Shown here one piece after another: positions 1 to 10,055 of a stretch of 64,000 nt of DNA (positions are counted from its first letter, which is position 1; each line of letters starts with the position of its first letter). The DNA comes from an uncultured Saprospiraceae bacterium (GTDB taxonomy: Bacteria; Bacteroidota; Bacteroidia; Chitinophagales; Saprospiraceae), in contig CAYMFD010000001.1 of assembly GCA_964389475.1 (NCBI GenBank), forward strand, positions 52,942-116,941, given 5' to 3'. The notes under the pieces were generated by a model. The model had not been told where the DNA came from. It did no database searches and saw nothing but the letters and a program-made list of their open reading frames with translations. The translations under genes and the position numbers were made by a program.

Positions 1-770
1 ATATAGATATAACCCTCGCAGGAGGCGAGACTGCAGACGTAGGTGACATCGTCCGTACGATCGATGTTGGCTACACAGCGTTTGCTCGTATGCCTAGGGC
101 GGCTGTCGTCGATAGTGATATTAACGCCGGTGACTACATCGTAGGCTTTGCGAGTTACGGACAGGCCACTTACGAGGACACTTACAATGGAGGTATGGGT
201 AGCAATGGGTTGACTAGTGCTAGGCATGATGTTTTTGATAAGCGATATGCGACCAAGTACCCCGATAGTTACGACCACAATACCTCAGACGATGTCATCT
301 ACCTGGGTAGCAAGGCGCTGACTGACGTGATCAATATAGACGGCGATATGCACACTGTAGGCAAGTTGGTACTATCTCCTACACGTACATACATACCTCT
401 GATCAAGCGCATCCTCAACGAGGTGAGGGCTGACGTAGGCGCCATGATACACTGTACTGGTGGTGCACAGACCAAGGTGCTAAAGTTCTTAAAGCAGCCG
501 GTCAAAATCATCAAGGATAACCTCCTGCCGATACCACCACTGTTTAAGCTGATCAAGCATGAATCAGGCTTGACGTATGACGAGATGTTCCAGGTCTTTA
601 ATATGGGACACAGGCTAGAAGTCTACACTCGTACAGAGGCTGCAGCTCTAAGAATGATAGATCTAGCGAGTGAGCTAGGTATAGAGGCACAGATTATAGG
701 CAGGGTAGAGCAGGCTGATACAGCATCGGTAGAGGTACATCACGAAGAAGGGGTAAGTACCTACAGATAG
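1..770 (+). CDS. purM: Phosphoribosylformylglycinamidine cyclo-ligase (AIR synthase, PurM), 5'-truncated at the window edge
   Basis: The reading frame is open from position 3 with no stop. It contains a GGETA motif and a C-terminal MFQVFNMGHRLEVY block typical of the PurM C-terminal domain. The ORF-track M at position 90 is internal. Confidence 0.75.
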   Translation, partial: IDITLAGGETADVGDIVRTIDVGYTAFARMPRAAVVDSDINAGDYIVGFASYGQATYEDTYNGGMGSNGLTSARHDVFDKRYATKYPDSYDHNTSDDVIYLGSKALTDVINIDGDMHTVGKLVLSPTRTYIPLIKRILNEVRADVGAMIHCTGGAQTKVLKFLKQPVKIIKDNLLPIPPLFKLIKHESGLTYDEMFQVFNMGHRLEVYTRTEAAALRMIDLASELGIEAQIIGRVEQADTASVEVHHEEGVSTYR

Positions 771-1058
771 CCCGCTACAGATGGGTAGATCCACCTAATC
801 ACGTCAGTATAGTAGCCTTTAACATATTTTTGAGGTCTTAAATACGTCACTTTGAAACTATAAAGAGTGCATATACGTATTAATATTGTTAGACATCGAA
901 TCCAACTGCACCATAGTTTAGGCAAGATAACCAGTAAGAAGTACTCTGGTCCTTTTTTTGCTGTTGAGACCATACGATCGCTTAGTAAGCATCGTGTGAG
1001 GAGTAGTACGCATACTTTGTTGTAACACACAATATTTTTTAAAAACAGTAATTACCTC

Positions 1059-1925
1059 ATGAGGCAGCTGAAGATTACCAATAAGATCACATCACGTGAG
1101 AGTGTCGCTCTCGACAAGTATCTCAATGATATAAGTCGTATCGACCTTATCACAGCGGATGATGAGGCTTATCTGGCGAAGAAGATACGAGAGGGGGACG
1201 AGGAAGCCCTAGAGAAAATGACCAAAGCCAATCTTAGGTTTGTCGTTTCTGTGGCTAAGCAATACCAAAATCAAGGTTTATCACTCCCAGATTTGATTAA
1301 CGAGGGAAACGTAGGTCTTATGAAAGCGGCTAAGCGTTTCGATGAGACCAAGGGTTTTAAGTTTATCTCCTACGCGGTGTGGTGGATCAGACAATCGATC
1401 CTGCAGAGTATCGTGGAGAATAGTCGTCTAGTACGCCTACCGATGAATAAGGTGACGTCGTACAATAAGATCAACGAAGCTTATGTGAGCTTTACACAAG
1501 AGTTTGAGCGAGACCCTACCCATGAGGAGCTAGCGGACATGCTAGAGATCAAGGTCAAGGAAGTAACACGAGTGCTCAGCGGTGGTAGACGCCACATCAG
1601 CATGGATGCACCTGTAGGCGAGGACGATGGCTCAGCCACTATGATGGATTTATACGTTGAGGCAGATGCAGCGATGCCAGACCTCAAGCTTATGGATCAG
1701 AGTCTCAAAGAAGAAGTGCAGCACGGATTGTCACGACTATCTAGCCGAGAGGTGGAGGTATTATCAGCCTACTACGGCCTTAATGGTCATAGAGGTCTCA
1801 ACCTAGAGGAGATCGGTAAGTTGTATGGCCTCACACGTGAGAGAGTACGACAGATCAAGGAGCGAGCTATACGCAGATTGCGTAAGTCCGTCAATCGAGA
1901 TGACCTCTTGTCTTACCTAGGGTAG
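1059..1925 (+). CDS. rpoD: Primary RNA polymerase sigma factor (sigma-70/RpoD family, compact Bacteroidota SigA type, 288 aa)
   Basis: Sigma-70 regions 2 to 4 are recognisable: LINEGNVGLMKAAKRFD (region 2.2/2.3 style), FISYAVWWIRQSI (2.4), and a C-terminal LEEIGKLYGLTRERVRQIKERAIRRLR region 4.2 HTH. A ~288-aa length is the hallmark of Bacteroidota sigma-A. Confidence 0.9.
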   Translation: MRQLKITNKITSRESVALDKYLNDISRIDLITADDEAYLAKKIREGDEEALEKMTKANLRFVVSVAKQYQNQGLSLPDLINEGNVGLMKAAKRFDETKGFKFISYAVWWIRQSILQSIVENSRLVRLPMNKVTSYNKINEAYVSFTQEFERDPTHEELADMLEIKVKEVTRVLSGGRRHISMDAPVGEDDGSATMMDLYVEADAAMPDLKLMDQSLKEEVQHGLSRLSSREVEVLSAYYGLNGHRGLNLEEIGKLYGLTRERVRQIKERAIRRLRKSVNRDDLLSYLG

Positions 1926-2041
1926 GTGAGTTATGTCTTAAGTAAACATGATTAATAGGCCCCTTTCAGTATTACTGATTGGGGCTGTTTTTATAAACTC
2001 TCTCGCTGAGAGGGATTAGTATACCTAGTAAAGTCGACGTT

Positions 2042-2701
2042 ATGCGTATTTTGGTGTTCGGCCTGTTGGCTATAGGAGCAGTTGGTTTCATAGTCGTACA
2101 GCTGTTATCCTTTGGTAAGTTCATGAGGTATCGTAGTCGTGATACAGAGAATGACGAGCAAGACCTCAACGAGATCCTTGTAGACTTGCGCAAGACGCTG
2201 GTACCATTTACCGAGGCAGAGCTAGAGACCCTCTCGCTACGTCAAGGCCTACGGCAGACTGTAGCTGGCAGGGAGGATACGACCCTAGGCATCTACGAGT
2301 CCATCTACCACGAGCCCCTTGTTGCGTTTGCCTATAGAGACTATGACTTAGGTAGTAATGCCTTGCTGGTAGCACAGACGGCTTCACTGACGTGGGTTTA
2401 TAAGATTGCTAATAAGTACACGACGGTCTCTATCAATGGACGACCAGTGGGTAAGATTAATCATGACGGCACCCTTGTCAGCAGCGAGAGTAACCGCAAA
2501 CTGGCTGAAATCGACCTGATGGGCCGAGAAAACTATCCCGTAGCGGTGGGTGAAAGGCCCGTAGGTCACATTGTCCACCAGCACGCCGCAAGCTCGGTCA
2601 ATCCACGTGCCGTGCAGCTATACCATGCCTTGGAGCAGGATGAGCACGAGCTATTCCTGGCCTTGGCCTTTCTGAGTCTGGTGCAGGGCGAGTTAAGCTA
2701 G
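2042..2701 (+). CDS. Hypothetical protein with an N-terminal transmembrane anchor
   Basis: The 219-aa ORF has a hydrophobic N-terminus (ILVFGLLAIGAVGFIVVQLL). No recognisable motif was found. Confidence 0.35.
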   Translation: MRILVFGLLAIGAVGFIVVQLLSFGKFMRYRSRDTENDEQDLNEILVDLRKTLVPFTEAELETLSLRQGLRQTVAGREDTTLGIYESIYHEPLVAFAYRDYDLGSNALLVAQTASLTWVYKIANKYTTVSINGRPVGKINHDGTLVSSESNRKLAEIDLMGRENYPVAVGERPVGHIVHQHAASSVNPRAVQLYHALEQDEHELFLALAFLSLVQGELS

Positions 2702-2814
2702 GTGGGCAAGATTCAATTCTGCTGAGATGATCTTAGAACCGTACTTTAACACTTTACTAGTACTGTCACATAGCCTCTAATGCGTCAAAGCAATACCTTC
2801 GCACGTGTAGCTAC

Positions 2815-4470
2815 GTGCACGCAACTTTACTGACAGATAATATCTACCATACTTTGAGGAAACTAAGATTACTTGCTATTACCGCCACAGCAGTCGTGGG
2901 CCTTGCCGCTACTACCATCGATAAGGATGATCTATTTGAGATTACCAAAAATATAGAGATCTACGTCAATGTCTATAAGCAGCTGCACTACAACTACGTT
3001 GACGATATAGACCCGGGTGAGCTGATGCGGGTAGGCATTGATGCCATGGTCGGTTCCCTAGATCCTTACACCAATTTTATATCCGAAAATCAAATCGAGA
3101 GATACAGGCTCAACAAGGACGATAAGTTCAGCGGCATAGGCGCCGAGATGGGTATCGTGGACGGCTTGTTTACTGTGCTGGAGCCCTTCGATGGTAGCCC
3201 AGCCCTAGCTGCAGGGCTGCGGGCCGGAGATCAGGTTACGGAGATCGACGGACTGTCCACAGCTGGTAAGTCTCTAGAGGAGGTCAATCGTATCGTGCGA
3301 GGTGCTCCGGGTACTGATATGGCGCTTAGGGTTCAGCGTGTAGGTGAGTCGGGTCTGCTTGATATCGCCCTCACACGGGGTGATGTGACGATGCCCAATG
3401 TGCCGTACAGTGGTATTGTCAAGGATCATGTAGGCTATGTCAAGCTGACCACCTTCACACAAGGTGCCTCTGCTAATATTAAGAAGGCGATGGAAGAGCT
3501 CAAAGAAGAAGACCCTGAGCTGAGTGGCTTGATACTAGACCTTCGTAATAATGGGGGTGGCCTACTAGCCGAGGCGGTAGATATCTCTAGCCTGTGGATA
3601 CCTCAGGACGAGGTAGTCGTCACGACTAGAGGCAAGGTTAGAGATCGTGATCAGACCTATAAGACACGTCGTACACCTTACGATCTCAACATCCCTATTG
3701 CCGTGCTTATCAATAAGAAGTCCGCCTCAGCGTCTGAGATCGTGAGTGGGGTAGTGCAGGACTACGATAGAGGCGTCTTGATCGGTCAGCGATCATTTGG
3801 TAAGGGCCTAGTCCAAAACCAACAAGAGGTCGGTTACAACAACCGCGTTAAGTTTACAACCCACAAGTACTACATACCATCGCGACGGTGCATCCAGAGC
3901 AAAGAGTACGAAAATGGGGAACCAGTTGATATTCCAGTTGATCGCCGTAGCAAGTTTAAGACGAGAAATGGTCGTACGGTCCTAGATGGTGGAGGCGTAG
4001 CGCCAGATATCGTCATGCCAGCTGCAGAAGAGGGAGAACTGCTCAAGGCCCTCAATAAAAATCACGTCATCCATAAGTATGTCAACCAGTACGTCCTGTC
4101 CAATGATAGTATTACTGCTGCAGGCTCGTTTAGGTTTGATGACTACGAAGGCTTCGTAGCATTTGCCAAAGGTCTAGACTGGTCCTATGAGACCGAGGCC
4201 GAAAAAAAGCTGGCAGAGGTAAGCGAAAAAGTGGATGAGAGCCTCGCAGCCGAGGTAGCCGCCCTAAAGAGCAAGATGCAGACAGCTAAGGCCAATGCTT
4301 ACACTAGTGAGAAGGCTATGATTGTCAAAGCGATAGAGCAAGACATCGTGAGTAGATACTTCTTCCAGGCAGGTAAGGCCCACCAGGCCCTCAACGATGA
4401 CCGAGAGGTACTCAAGGCCGTTGAGGTGCTGACAGATGCTGCACAATACAAGTCAATACTGAGCCTCTAG
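2815..4470 (+). CDS. ctp: S41 family C-terminal processing peptidase (tail-specific protease, Ctp)
   Basis: It has a PDZ-like segment (GLRAGDQVTEIDG) and the S41 catalytic region LINKKSASASEIVSGVVQDYDRGVLIGQRSFGKGLVQ, which matches the S41 Ser/Lys dyad signature. Its stop overlaps the start of tsaB. Confidence 0.85.
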   Translation: MHATLLTDNIYHTLRKLRLLAITATAVVGLAATTIDKDDLFEITKNIEIYVNVYKQLHYNYVDDIDPGELMRVGIDAMVGSLDPYTNFISENQIERYRLNKDDKFSGIGAEMGIVDGLFTVLEPFDGSPALAAGLRAGDQVTEIDGLSTAGKSLEEVNRIVRGAPGTDMALRVQRVGESGLLDIALTRGDVTMPNVPYSGIVKDHVGYVKLTTFTQGASANIKKAMEELKEEDPELSGLILDLRNNGGGLLAEAVDISSLWIPQDEVVVTTRGKVRDRDQTYKTRRTPYDLNIPIAVLINKKSASASEIVSGVVQDYDRGVLIGQRSFGKGLVQNQQEVGYNNRVKFTTHKYYIPSRRCIQSKEYENGEPVDIPVDRRSKFKTRNGRTVLDGGGVAPDIVMPAAEEGELLKALNKNHVIHKYVNQYVLSNDSITAAGSFRFDDYEGFVAFAKGLDWSYETEAEKKLAEVSEKVDESLAAEVAALKSKMQTAKANAYTSEKAMIVKAIEQDIVSRYFFQAGKAHQALNDDREVLKAVEVLTDAAQYKSILSL

Positions 4471-5153
4471 TGTCCGCCATACTCTGCATAGATAGTGCTA
4501 CGGGTACCTGTAGTGCGGCTATAGCCGTCGATGGCGAGGTGGTCGCCCAGCACGTGAGTGCAGAGCAGCGATCGCATACCGAGATGATTACCATCCTTAT
4601 ACAGCGTTGTATGCAGGATGCTGCACTGGACTATGATCAGCTATCCGCTGTAGCAGTTATCGCAGGCCCTGGCAGCTATACCTCGCTGCGTATAGGCGCC
4701 TCTACGGCCAAGGGACTGTGCTATGCGCATGATATACCATTGATAGCTGTAGACACCCTAGAGCACATCGTACAGCCGATCCTGCGGGATCTAGCGTCAG
4801 CTAGTCTTGCTGTAGCCATGCTCGATGCCAGGCGGATGGAGGTCTACACCGCGGGGTTTACACAGGATGGCGAACGAACTACGTCTAATGACCCGGTCAT
4901 CGTGCAGGAAGATTTTCCAGATCGATACGATAGTCACAAGATCGTCTTGGTAGGCGATGGTGCCGCCAAGACCAGGGATATACTAGCTGATCACAGCGCG
5001 GTAACCTACAGTGAGGCGCATGCTTTGGCAGGTGATATGGCAGGACTGGCCGAGAAGGCTTACCGCAAGTCAGACTTCGTAGATGTAGCGTACTGGGAGC
5101 CCAACTATATCAAGCCTGTCAATATTATCAAGAGTAAGAAGAAGCTGCTCTAA
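4470..5153 (+). CDS. tsaB: tRNA threonylcarbamoyladenosine biosynthesis protein TsaB (YeaZ-like)
   Basis: N-terminal ILCIDSATGTCSAAI is the classic TsaB/YeaZ signature and the 227-aa length fits. It has a GTG start overlapping the ctp stop, which indicates translational coupling. Confidence 0.8.
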   Translation: MSAILCIDSATGTCSAAIAVDGEVVAQHVSAEQRSHTEMITILIQRCMQDAALDYDQLSAVAVIAGPGSYTSLRIGASTAKGLCYAHDIPLIAVDTLEHIVQPILRDLASASLAVAMLDARRMEVYTAGFTQDGERTTSNDPVIVQEDFPDRYDSHKIVLVGDGAAKTRDILADHSAVTYSEAHALAGDMAGLAEKAYRKSDFVDVAYWEPNYIKPVNIIKSKKKLL

Positions 5154-5594
5154 TACCACGCCGCTGTATTACCTAATACTTTTGTGTCGTTAAACATTGC
5201 CTGCTGGATCGCTTGTCGTCGATTTTGCACATCAGAAAGAGCCCTCAACTTTGTCGACGATCGAACTAATGAAACCTAGGCTTAATTTCCTTTGTTTACT
5301 GACTGAACGGGCTATATGTCAGTGGTGCTAATAGCTCACAATCTGGGCTCCACCTACAAGCTATGATCTCGAGATCTGCATCTAACTCACCCTTAACACT
5401 CCCTTAAATAGTCTCGATTGCAGCTAGGAACCCAATCGTGGATGTAGTTGTTAATCATATAACGAGAAAAAAAATGTCTCTTTAATTGATTGATCTTAAA
5501 CATACTACCCAACTAGATTTTTGTCATACGTCAGATATTGCTCTGCTGGTATACTTATTGCCCTTCTGTAGCGTACCCACAATCGATTTATCTT

Positions 5595-5933
5595 ATGAGC
5601 AATAAAAAGAACGAAACAGTAACGCTGAAGAAGGGTGGTAAGGAAATCCAACTGGATTATGCTGATCTTCGAAAAGCCGTTTTGGTTCTACGAGCCGTCA
5701 ATCACAAACTCCGCCAGCGTATCATCGACCTCCTAGAGGACAATGAGACCATGACCGTAACTGATATTTATATCAAGCTACGTCTAGAGCAAAGTGTAGC
5801 AAGTCAGCACTTGGCTATTCTACGTCGTGCGGGAGTGGTCGTCACAGAGAGACAAGGCAAGTTTATCTACTACAGCCTCGATCGTGACCGCCTAGAGCAG
5901 ATTGGATCTTTGGTCGAAGAACTAGCCGGATAG
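5595..5933 (+). CDS. ArsR/SmtB-family HTH transcriptional regulator (paralog 1)
   Basis: Winged HTH LRQRIIDLLEDNETMTVTDIYIKLRLEQSVASQHLAILRRAGVV. The start was moved to the internal ATG at 5595 (MSNKKNE). Confidence 0.7.
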   Translation: MSNKKNETVTLKKGGKEIQLDYADLRKAVLVLRAVNHKLRQRIIDLLEDNETMTVTDIYIKLRLEQSVASQHLAILRRAGVVVTERQGKFIYYSLDRDRLEQIGSLVEELAG

Positions 5934-6113
5934 AAAGACTCTACACTCCAGTATACATAGGATTTTTCCCTATATATCGGACAGCTTGTAGCTCTAGAGC
6001 TACGGGTACAATTGATTACAAATAAAACTTTTTCATAATATCTTTATGATAATATGATCTATAGTTCCATCTTTGTGTCAAGGTCCGAAACTACAATAAG
6101 GGAAAACTACACT

Positions 6114-6437
6114 ATGAAACAGACGAAGGTCACGTTTAATAGCGAAAAATTGCGCTATTCTGCAGAGCTGATGAGAGCGATAGCTCATCCGTTAAGGTTA
6201 AGAATTTTAGAGTATATCGACGATCAGGAAGTGACGCAAGTCAACAAGATTTACAATACTCTCCATATCGAGCAAAGCATTTGCAGTCAGCATCTTAAGA
6301 CACTGAGATTAGCTGGTGTTCTTGCTTGTGAGAAAGATGGTAAGTACATGAAGTACTCCATCAACTACGAAGTTGTCCGCCGAGCTAAGATTGCCGTTGA
6401 CAACTTCCTACGTAGAGAAGCCCTCGTAAAAGCTTAG
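6114..6437 (+). CDS. ArsR/SmtB-family HTH transcriptional regulator (paralog 2)
   Basis: LRLRILEYIDDQEVTQVNKIYNTLHIEQSICSQHLKTLRLAGVL aligns residue for residue with the upstream paralog. The start was moved to ATG 6114 (MKQTKV). Confidence 0.7.
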   Translation: MKQTKVTFNSEKLRYSAELMRAIAHPLRLRILEYIDDQEVTQVNKIYNTLHIEQSICSQHLKTLRLAGVLACEKDGKYMKYSINYEVVRRAKIAVDNFLRREALVKA

Positions 6438-6569
6438 ATAGCCCCAAGAGCAAGATATATACAAGAAGCTGACCCCATCCGGGTCGGCTGTTCTTGTTTA
6501 TACTCATCTCATCGGACTGACAACCCTTAAAGTTTACGCTTACGCCGTCATATTTCTCATCTTTGCGGC

Positions 6570-7706
6570 ATGAGGTACTCTAGCATCAGTTTTTCTTTCG
6601 CATTATTTCTCACTATTATCTGTCTATCCTGTGCACGGACTGGTGACCAGCAAAAGACGGCCATTAACGTCCGTAGTACTTCATCTACCACGCCTAAAAA
6701 TGTGATCCTGATGATCGGTGATGGTATGGGCCCAGCTCAGATCGCTGGCGGTATGTACAGTACCCATGAGCCGCTACACCTAGAGCGAATATCAAACCTC
6801 ACGACAGGACTACACAAAAACACCTCTGCAGATGACCTCGTAACCGATAGCGCTGCGGGTGCTACTGCATTCGCATGTGGTAAGAAGACCTACAACGGAG
6901 CCATCGGTGTCGACGTAGATACCATGCCACTAGAGACCATACTAGAGGAGGCGCAGGATAAGGGATATCGTACGGGACTAGTCGCTACCTCTACGATCGT
7001 ACATGCCACGCCAGCGTCATTTGCCTCGCACAATAGACTACGCAAAAATTACGAAGAGATCGCCTTAGATATGTCGGATAGTAATGTCGACGTAATGATA
7101 GGTGGGGGAGCGAAGTTTTTCAGAGAGCGAGAGGATGAGCGAGACCTCTACGAAGAGATGCGCAGTCGAGGTTACTATGTGAGTGATTACTTTGCCCGAG
7201 ACTTTGAGGCGGATCTATTCTCTGAGGCGGATAAGCTGATGTATCTCACAGCTAGGGATAGCCCACTACAGAAGGGGCAAGGTCGCGACTACCTACCGAT
7301 GGCCTCACAGCTTACGGTCGAGCACCTAGACAGGATAGCTGGTGACGATGGCTTTTTTGCTATGATCGAAGGATCACAAATAGACTGGGGTGGTCATGCT
7401 AATAAGGACTACTACATCGTATCGGAAATGCTAGACTTTGACGAGGCGATCGGCGCTGTGGCAGAGTGGGCCGCTAAAGACGGTGAGACGCTAGTGGTCA
7501 TTACTGCTGACCATGAGACAGGTGGTTTTGCAATCAACAAGGGCAGCGTCAGAGGCGATACGCTAGTCACGGGTTTTACGAGCGACTATCACACCGCTAC
7601 CTTGATACCAGTCATGGCCTTTGGCCCAGGGTCTGAGCGATTTACCGGTATCTACGAAAATACCGAGATATACCACAAAATAAGAGCTGCGCTAGGCTGG
7701 GACTAG
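6570..7706 (+). CDS. phoA: Alkaline phosphatase (PhoA family)
   Basis: The VILMIGDGMGPAQI and TDSAAGATAFACGKK motifs (active-site Ser region) and a C-terminal DHETGG metal-site motif are present. There is an N-terminal signal/lipoprotein sequence. Confidence 0.85.
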   Translation: MRYSSISFSFALFLTIICLSCARTGDQQKTAINVRSTSSTTPKNVILMIGDGMGPAQIAGGMYSTHEPLHLERISNLTTGLHKNTSADDLVTDSAAGATAFACGKKTYNGAIGVDVDTMPLETILEEAQDKGYRTGLVATSTIVHATPASFASHNRLRKNYEEIALDMSDSNVDVMIGGGAKFFREREDERDLYEEMRSRGYYVSDYFARDFEADLFSEADKLMYLTARDSPLQKGQGRDYLPMASQLTVEHLDRIAGDDGFFAMIEGSQIDWGGHANKDYYIVSEMLDFDEAIGAVAEWAAKDGETLVVITADHETGGFAINKGSVRGDTLVTGFTSDYHTATLIPVMAFGPGSERFTGIYENTEIYHKIRAALGWD

Positions 7707-8836
7707 TGACCTCGATTAGCCTTGTACTTAGGATTGCGCTTTAGTACCATACGTATGGATTCCTTGCGGTTGGTCCCCTCGTAGATCATAGTATCTTGAT
7801 CTTGCATGTGATACTTTCCTTTGAGGTCCAGGTTTTTAAACTCCCAGAAATTCCACAACTCCAGCTGATTGTAAGAGCTGTCTACGATGTATTCAAATCT
7901 TGATAGGGTGTCTTCCTGCCCTTTGACAGCGCCGTACCTGCTTTCTTCCAAAAACAAGCTTTTAAAAGAAGCGATCTCTAACGGAATAGTGTCTCTGCGC
8001 AACTCCCCTGTATCAGATGCATACTGGATGTCTATCACATCCCACACACCTACTATGGGGCTGTCGTCATTGCTTCGGTAGTACTGCTGGAAGTGCCAGA
8101 TACCATTGACCACGTGTACCATCAGGCCTGCGATTAGGCATAGCTTGAGTACGCCGATCGAGCGATATAGGTGCAGCTGCTTGCCCAGTAGAGGGTAGGT
8201 GAGACCGGTATCCACAGGGTAGCCCATCAGCGCAGGTAGTAGGCGCCGCACCTGTGGTAGCGCCTGGAGTACTAGGGTCGTGGTCGCAATGCTCGAGACG
8301 GCTAGGGTACACTGGTTAAAGCTGTAGTCTATCAGTGTCAGCGGTACCCAGAGACCTAGACCCACGATGGTACCGATCACAGCGGTACGTCTAAACATGA
8401 GTAGGGCAGCGCTTAAGATCATAGTCCCGCCCACGGCGTACGGCAGTATATCGCTATAACCCATAAATACAGACGTGATGTCTTGGGCTGTCAGGTCGGC
8501 GATCTTAGTGTCCTGCATCGTCAAGTTAAGCGTCCAATGCTCACCCTCTGTAAATAGCATGGCGAAGTAGACCATCACAAAAGCTAGACTGTACCTACAA
8601 GCGACCTCTATTAGGTATTTAGCGTACTGGTATCGACCTACTGATTGTCCATACGTGCAAGCGATAGTGCCGATGGCGGTGGTTGCGAGTACGGGTAGTA
8701 AGCAGTATAAGGCCATGTAGCCTATATCCTGACAGGTACTGTAGATCATGGGCCATGTACCGACAGCTACCAAGACACCCGTCCAGGCAGCCAGCCCCAT
8801 CGTATATACCCATGATGTCAGTCTTTCTCTAGTCAT
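7703..8836 (-). CDS. Hypothetical polytopic membrane protein
   Basis: A 377-aa ORF with multiple hydrophobic helices. It is convergent with phoA and overlaps it by 4 bp. No motif was recognised. Confidence 0.45.
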   Translation of the reverse strand: MTRERLTSWVYTMGLAAWTGVLVAVGTWPMIYSTCQDIGYMALYCLLPVLATTAIGTIACTYGQSVGRYQYAKYLIEVACRYSLAFVMVYFAMLFTEGEHWTLNLTMQDTKIADLTAQDITSVFMGYSDILPYAVGGTMILSAALLMFRRTAVIGTIVGLGLWVPLTLIDYSFNQCTLAVSSIATTTLVLQALPQVRRLLPALMGYPVDTGLTYPLLGKQLHLYRSIGVLKLCLIAGLMVHVVNGIWHFQQYYRSNDDSPIVGVWDVIDIQYASDTGELRRDTIPLEIASFKSLFLEESRYGAVKGQEDTLSRFEYIVDSSYNQLELWNFWEFKNLDLKGKYHMQDQDTMIYEGTNRKESIRMVLKRNPKYKANRGH

Positions 8837-9125
8837 CGTTTCTGCTCCTACAACGTCAAGTTACAAGTAGATGGCTTGTTGATCAAAAGAAAACGTCTGC
8901 ATTAACAATTTCTTGGTCAATAATTATCGGTTGTATGGGTTCGCTTTGATCATTAGTTGGGAGGTAAGACCTGGACGATGTAACTCCTAATTCGCCTATG
9001 CGATAAAGTCAGCAAGTAGCATTAACCACGATATATCTACCCATACATTATCCTTTGAGTACTAGACTGCCGTACCTTTGCGAGGGCCTGCCTGTAGTCA
9101 GGCCGGTAAGAAAGCTAACAGGAGG

Positions 9126-10046
9126 ATGGGCAAGTCAAAAAGCGGTATGATGAAAGACTTAGCAGGGGTAGAACGCCTAGCTAGGACCTCTAAGCTCGGT
9201 AGACTTCTGAGGCGTCCGTTTAGATATCTGCATGCTATAAGCTTCAGAGAGTGGCGTTACAAGAAGACCCGTAAGGAGAAAGCCGTTCGATGTAGGACCT
9301 TTTTTGGAGATCCTATGACGGTGTTGCTACCGGCTAGCACCGATATATACCTTACGGGCGGTAAGTCGCACGACTCAGAGATCAGGCTCGCCAGGTTATT
9401 GATTCGGCACTTAGAGCCAGGCGACACCTTCATCGATGTGGGTGCTCACTACGGCTACTTTACCTTACTGGGTGCTCAGTTAGTAGGTCCGACAGGTCAT
9501 GTGCATGCCTTCGAGGCGTCACCTACCACATACAAAGTACTGCAAGGCAACATTGCCGACCTACCTCACGTGGAGGCGCAGAATGTCGCCGTCACGGACA
9601 AGGCCGAGGTACTTTGCTTTAATGTATTCCCCAATCTATATGCAGAATACAATGCCCTAGATGTCGATCGTCATACTAGCGAAAAATGGTTTAAGGACTA
9701 TCCACCATCGCAAGTGGATGTCGAGGGCATCACCCTAGACATTTACCTCCAGACCAGACAGATAAGACCCAAACTTATCAAAGTAGACGTCGAAGGCGCC
9801 GAGTTGCAGGTAGTACGAGGCCTCAAGAGGGTCTTGCACAAGCAACCTGCCATGGTGGTGCTTGAGTATATCGCTACCGATACGGGCAACGCCAGCCACA
9901 GGGCAGCAGACGATGTCATGCGATCTATTGGCTACCGACCACATGCCATCACTACGGATGGTGACCTGCTACCTGTACATAATATCAATGCCTACCTGCA
10001 AGAGCTCGGTATCGAGTCTGATAATGTAGTCTTCCTTAAGCAGTAA
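9126..10046 (+). CDS. FkbM-family SAM-dependent methyltransferase
   Basis: FIDVGAHYGYFTL glycine-rich SAM motif, followed by LIKVDVEGAELQVVRGL, which is typical of the FkbM/Methyltransf_21 family. The start is uncertain (ATG 9126 or 9147); the ORF-track start at 9078 is probably an over-extension. Confidence 0.7.
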   Translation: MGKSKSGMMKDLAGVERLARTSKLGRLLRRPFRYLHAISFREWRYKKTRKEKAVRCRTFFGDPMTVLLPASTDIYLTGGKSHDSEIRLARLLIRHLEPGDTFIDVGAHYGYFTLLGAQLVGPTGHVHAFEASPTTYKVLQGNIADLPHVEAQNVAVTDKAEVLCFNVFPNLYAEYNALDVDRHTSEKWFKDYPPSQVDVEGITLDIYLQTRQIRPKLIKVDVEGAELQVVRGLKRVLHKQPAMVVLEYIATDTGNASHRAADDVMRSIGYRPHAITTDGDLLPVHNINAYLQELGIESDNVVFLKQ

Positions 10047-10055
10047 GCATCTACA

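Noticed and set aside
1030-1058. Bacteroidota-type promoter (TTTG / TAnnTTTG) upstream of rpoD and other genes
   Set aside because: AT-rich candidates exist (for example TAATTACC before rpoD) but none matches the consensus cleanly. Promoter calls made from sequence alone would be guesses.
9078-9125. Upstream start for the FkbM methyltransferase (MRGPACSQ...)
   Set aside because: The extension is a low-complexity basic tail. The AGGAGG at 9120-9125 abuts the ATG at 9126 with zero spacing, so it is not a functional SD. The start remains uncertain, and a later start was preferred.
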